DNA of 32,000 nucleotides from Candidatus Brocadia sp. (GTDB taxonomy: Bacteria; Planctomycetota; Brocadiia; Brocadiales; Brocadiaceae): NCBI GenBank assembly GCA_021650915.1, contig CP091279.1:2520001-2552000 (forward strand), given 5' to 3'. This document shows positions 28,868 through 32,000 of the stretch, in pieces. The notes under the pieces are model-generated. The model had not been told where the DNA came from and did not search any database. It saw only the letters and a list, made by a program, of their open reading frames with translations. Position numbers and translations under genes: made by a program. Positions within the stretch are counted from its first letter, which is position 1. Each line of letters starts with the position of its first letter.

Positions 28868-29857
28868 TCAATCGATTGACCTTGTCTTTTTTGTTAAAGA
28901 ATAGCGTGTATGATAAAAACGAGTAATAAACTGCAAGCCGATATGGTCTAGATAACGGCGAACTGTTCCCTTAATAACCTGATAAACAAAATACAACAGG
29001 TGATTTATCCGCCCGTGGAAATGAATGGACTTCGCTTGAGCAACCTCCCAGAGCGCACTCCGCCACTTCCTATCAGAAATACCACCTTCTCTTGAATGCG
29101 CCAGACATCGATTGATATACAAGAAAGTCATTCCACTTACCTTAGCCCGTAATAACCATTCATAATCCATTGCATAGCGAAATTCCCTTCGAAAAAGACC
29201 GATAGACGTATAACATTTGCGTAATGCAAATACCGTTAAATGACATACCGTCATTTCACGATGCAATAAATCATGGTTTGCACAAATTAAATGAGTTTTT
29301 TTTGCTGAAGAATCCCAATATTGACTCATCCCGTGTACGATATCGGCTTTTCCTGTAGAGAAATGTGAAACTACCTGAGCAATGGTATCCGTTTCATACC
29401 AGTCACCAGCACTAAGAATGCCGATTATATCCCCTGCAGAAAGGCTAATTCCCTTATTAAAGGCGTCACTTATCCCGTCATCAGGTTCACTTATCCAATA
29501 AGTAATACTGTCTTTATACTTTTTAACAATATCAAGCGTCCCATCGGTAGAACCACCATCAATTACAACATATTCCACATTATCATAGGTCTGGTTTATA
29601 ACACTTTTCATAGTTTTCTCAATGTAATTCACTCCATTCAGTGCAACGGTAATAATGGTTACCAGCGGTTTCCCAACACAAGACTTTTTAAAATACCCTT
29701 CACTACGCAACCCACCTTCACCCTTTCTGTGAAGATTTTGAGGGAGAAAAAGTTGTGTTTGTACCTTTGACATGGAATCCTTTGTCATATTGGGGATTTC
29801 TTTTGTTACCAGTCGTGTCGTACTATAATGAGAATTCAGACAAATTAGGGTATTCAT
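28868..29857 (-). CDS. Family 2 glycosyltransferase (start uncertain)
   Basis: VTIITVALNG...VIDGGSTDGT...DDGISDAFNKG is typical of GT2. The GT2 core begins about 65 aa after the first ATG. Internal ATGs at 29788 and 29773 are alternative starts, and none has a clear RBS. Confidence 0.75.
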   Translation of the reverse strand: MNTLICLNSHYSTTRLVTKEIPNMTKDSMSKVQTQLFLPQNLHRKGEGGLRSEGYFKKSCVGKPLVTIITVALNGVNYIEKTMKSVINQTYDNVEYVVIDGGSTDGTLDIVKKYKDSITYWISEPDDGISDAFNKGISLSAGDIIGILSAGDWYETDTIAQVVSHFSTGKADIVHGMSQYWDSSAKKTHLICANHDLLHREMTVCHLTVFALRKCYTSIGLFRREFRYAMDYEWLLRAKVSGMTFLYINRCLAHSREGGISDRKWRSALWEVAQAKSIHFHGRINHLLYFVYQVIKGTVRRYLDHIGLQFITRFYHTRYSLTKKTRSID

Positions 29858-30001
29858 ATTTGACGAGTTCTTTTCGAGATGATGCGTTTTGAATTGAATA
29901 CGTTTGTTGATGTTTTTTATTTTTGGAGTATTTAGATGAGCACAAATAATAGCGTCAGTATAACAAAATACGGAAGAGAAGGAAACAGAAAACAGGAGGG
30001 T

Positions 30002-30070
30002 TTGCGGCTACGCCAAATACTTGTATAATAATTTTATGACCCATGAGGGACACGAAAAAACGCAGTAACC
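30002..30070 (+). repeat. Intergenic repeat module, diverged copy D (TTGCGG-N16-TATAAT followed by CACGAAAAAACGCAG)
   Basis: TTGCGG at 30002-30007 and TATAAT at 30024-30029. Same layout as copies B and C. Confidence 0.45.
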
Positions 30071-30423
30071 TTGGACAGTCTTCACGGCATTGAAACAATG
30101 CCCACCCAACAAATCCGATGGTCCGAGCGTATGCGCCAATACCATTACTTTGGCATTACTCTGCCCTTCTACTAAACCACTACGGGATAATCACACAACT
30201 GGAGTACGCAACGGCACCGTTTTCTTTCAGAACGAATATTTTTGTTAAAGAAATAATTGTTGTAATGCGTCCCTTTCCCAGGTACGTCCGATAAATCAAT
30301 ACAAAATTGTTGACTATGCCGAGAGTTTCTTTGTATATTCAATATAATTCGTAGTATTTTTTGTAAAAGCGCAACAATTATTATCCTTTTGATCTATCGG
30401 GTTATTCGTAAGGAGGTTTTAGT

Positions 30424-31227
30424 ATGTCTAAATTGAGATTTTTATCGTTACTTATTATCGTAATGCTTCTCGTCAGTTGCTCAACGGTGCCAATTACGGG
30501 AAGAAAGCAAATTTCCTTTATACCACAGAGCCAGCTTATTGGTTCCAGTATTGATGCGTATAACCAGCTATTATCCCAATCGAAGCTTTCTTCTGACCCA
30601 ACAAAAAAACAGATGGTGGTCGACGTTGGAACCAAAATAGCAGCAGCAGCAGAAGGGTATATGCGTGAAAATGGAATGGAAAAAGAACTTGAAGCGTATC
30701 ATTGGGAATTCAACCTCATTGAAGATGATAAAACGGTAAATGCCTTCTGCATGCCGGGGGGCAAGATTGCCGTTTATACCGGAATACTTCCCATTACTCA
30801 AGACGAGACTGGTCTGGCAGTTGTAATGGGCCATGAAGTGGCTCATGCGTTGGCGAATCACGGCGGTGAAAGGATGAGTCAGGCCTTGCTGGCACAACTG
30901 GGAGCAACCTCACTGTCGGTAGCACTCAGCAGCCAACCCGCAATGACCAAAGAATTGTTAATGCAGGCTTATGGGGTAGGCGCAAATGTGGGAGTCCTGC
31001 TGCCATATAGTCGTCGCCAAGAACTGGAAGCTGATCATATTGGTCTTATCCTTATGGCAAAGGCTGATTATGACCCACGAACGGCTATTCCGTTCTGGCA
31101 AAGAATGGGGAATGTGGGGGGAGAAAGACCTCCCGAATTTTTGTCTACTCATCCAGCGCCAGAGAGAAGGGTCGAAGACATTCGAGATAAAATTCCCGAA
31201 GCGTTGAAATATTATAAAGGTCTTTGA
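30424..31227 (+). CDS. M48-family Zn metallopeptidase lipoprotein
   Basis: 267-aa ORF. Signal peptide with lipobox LLVSC, HEVAHALANH zinc motif and strong RBS AAGGAGG. Confidence 0.85.
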   Translation: MSKLRFLSLLIIVMLLVSCSTVPITGRKQISFIPQSQLIGSSIDAYNQLLSQSKLSSDPTKKQMVVDVGTKIAAAAEGYMRENGMEKELEAYHWEFNLIEDDKTVNAFCMPGGKIAVYTGILPITQDETGLAVVMGHEVAHALANHGGERMSQALLAQLGATSLSVALSSQPAMTKELLMQAYGVGANVGVLLPYSRRQELEADHIGLILMAKADYDPRTAIPFWQRMGNVGGERPPEFLSTHPAPERRVEDIRDKIPEALKYYKGL

Positions 31228-31284
31228 CCAGTGGCACAATCAAGTCCTTACCATTAGTTGCCTGGGGCATTGAATAAAGACCCA

Positions 31285-32000
31285 TTAACCTTTCTGTGTA
31301 AATGTCCCTTCGCCGGTAAAAACCTCCGTTGCAGGACCCGTCATATAAACATTACCATCTGCTGCCCATTCCAGTTCCAGATCGCCTCCTGGTAAATGTG
31401 CAAGGACATTTCGCTCGGTCTTTTTGTTAAGAACACCCGCAACACATACCGCAGAGGCACCTGTTCCGCAGGCCATAGTTATTCCGGAGCCACGTTCCCA
31501 CGTCTTCATCGTGACCTCCTTCGGGTTATGGATTCGGACAAAGTGGACATTTATCCGTTCCGGGAATACCCGATGGCGCTCAATTTCCGGGCCGTACTTT
31601 GAAATATCAAGGCCATCAAGATCGTCAACAAAGACAACACAGTGGGGATTTCCCATGGAAACACAAGTAATCCGGAATGACACATTCTTATCAATAGGCA
31701 GGCTTTCATCAATTACCTTTGTTTCATTGCCAATCATAGGGATTTCAGATCGCATGAGTCCGGGCTTGCCCATGTTGACCCTTGCCTTAGACACCCGCCC
31801 GTTTTCGGTAAAAACCTGGACAGTCTTGATCCCCGCCAGGGTTTCCACAGTGAGCGGATTTTTTTGAGTAATTTTGTTGTCATACACATATTTCGCGACA
31901 CAACGGATACCATTTCCACACATCTGGGCCTCACTGCCATCGGCATTAAAGATACGCATCCGGCAATCGGCCACCGCAGAAGACAGGATAAGAATAAGGC
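31285..32000 (-). CDS. dapF: Diaminopimelate epimerase (5' end runs off the window)
   Basis: MRIFNADGSEAQMCGNGIRC, SMGNPHCV and ACGTGASA catalytic-Cys motifs. The frame stays open upstream of the track's GTG at 31974 (…LILILSSAVADCR…), so the true start lies beyond 32000. Confidence 0.9.
   Translation of the reverse strand, partial: LILILSSAVADCRMRIFNADGSEAQMCGNGIRCVAKYVYDNKITQKNPLTVETLAGIKTVQVFTENGRVSKARVNMGKPGLMRSEIPMIGNETKVIDESLPIDKNVSFRITCVSMGNPHCVVFVDDLDGLDISKYGPEIERHRVFPERINVHFVRIHNPKEVTMKTWERGSGITMACGTGASAVCVAGVLNKKTERNVLAHLPGGDLELEWAADGNVYMTGPATEVFTGEGTFTQKG

Overview
This window looks like a core-genome segment of an anammox planctomycete, probably a Candidatus Brocadia-like organism. 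The 16S gene carries exact matches to the Pla46, Amx368 and Ban162 probe target sequences as I recall them. A complete rRNA operon lies on the minus strand: tandem promoters, 16S, tRNA-Ile(GAT), tRNA-Ala(UGC), 23S, 5S and a terminator. Downstream on the same strand are fur, rpmB and gatCAB; upstream are a dodecin gene and polX. The remaining genes are housekeeping: arcC (partial), a cyclic-2,3-diphosphoglycerate-synthetase-like P-loop gene, tmk, a secreted DUF11 protein, tsaE, thiL, an MFS transporter, a short MetE-like Zn methyltransferase, a macro-domain protein, a CDGSH Fe-S protein, mtnP, a CxxCxxCC cluster protein, an MBL-rhodanese fusion, a GT2 glycosyltransferase, an M48 lipoprotein peptidase and dapF (partial). 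The only accessory stretch is about 4.7-8.6 kb. It holds two unrelated, apparently defective IS elements about 84-88 bp apart. One is IS1634-like, with an N-terminal deletion and an in-frame (GTTGGT)n microsatellite. The other is ISNCY/IS5-like, with its transposase split at a G7A5 run. Short intergenic repeat modules follow them. I found no convincing new multi-gene system: no defence-like operon, CRISPR array, retron, toxin-antitoxin pair or unexplained gene cluster. The observations most worth follow-up are small-scale. First, a 107-bp promoter/leader module with an exact 39-bp core occurs in inverted orientation upstream of two unrelated genes 8 kb apart. Second, the microsatellite sits inside the transposase ORF. 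Third, a family of TTGCGG-N16-TAATAT-like modules recurs in the window. Fourth, a heptanucleotide tandem repeat lies between two convergent genes. Fifth, a 645-bp stretch is unassigned. All family assignments come from reading motifs by eye and need HMM or BLAST confirmation.
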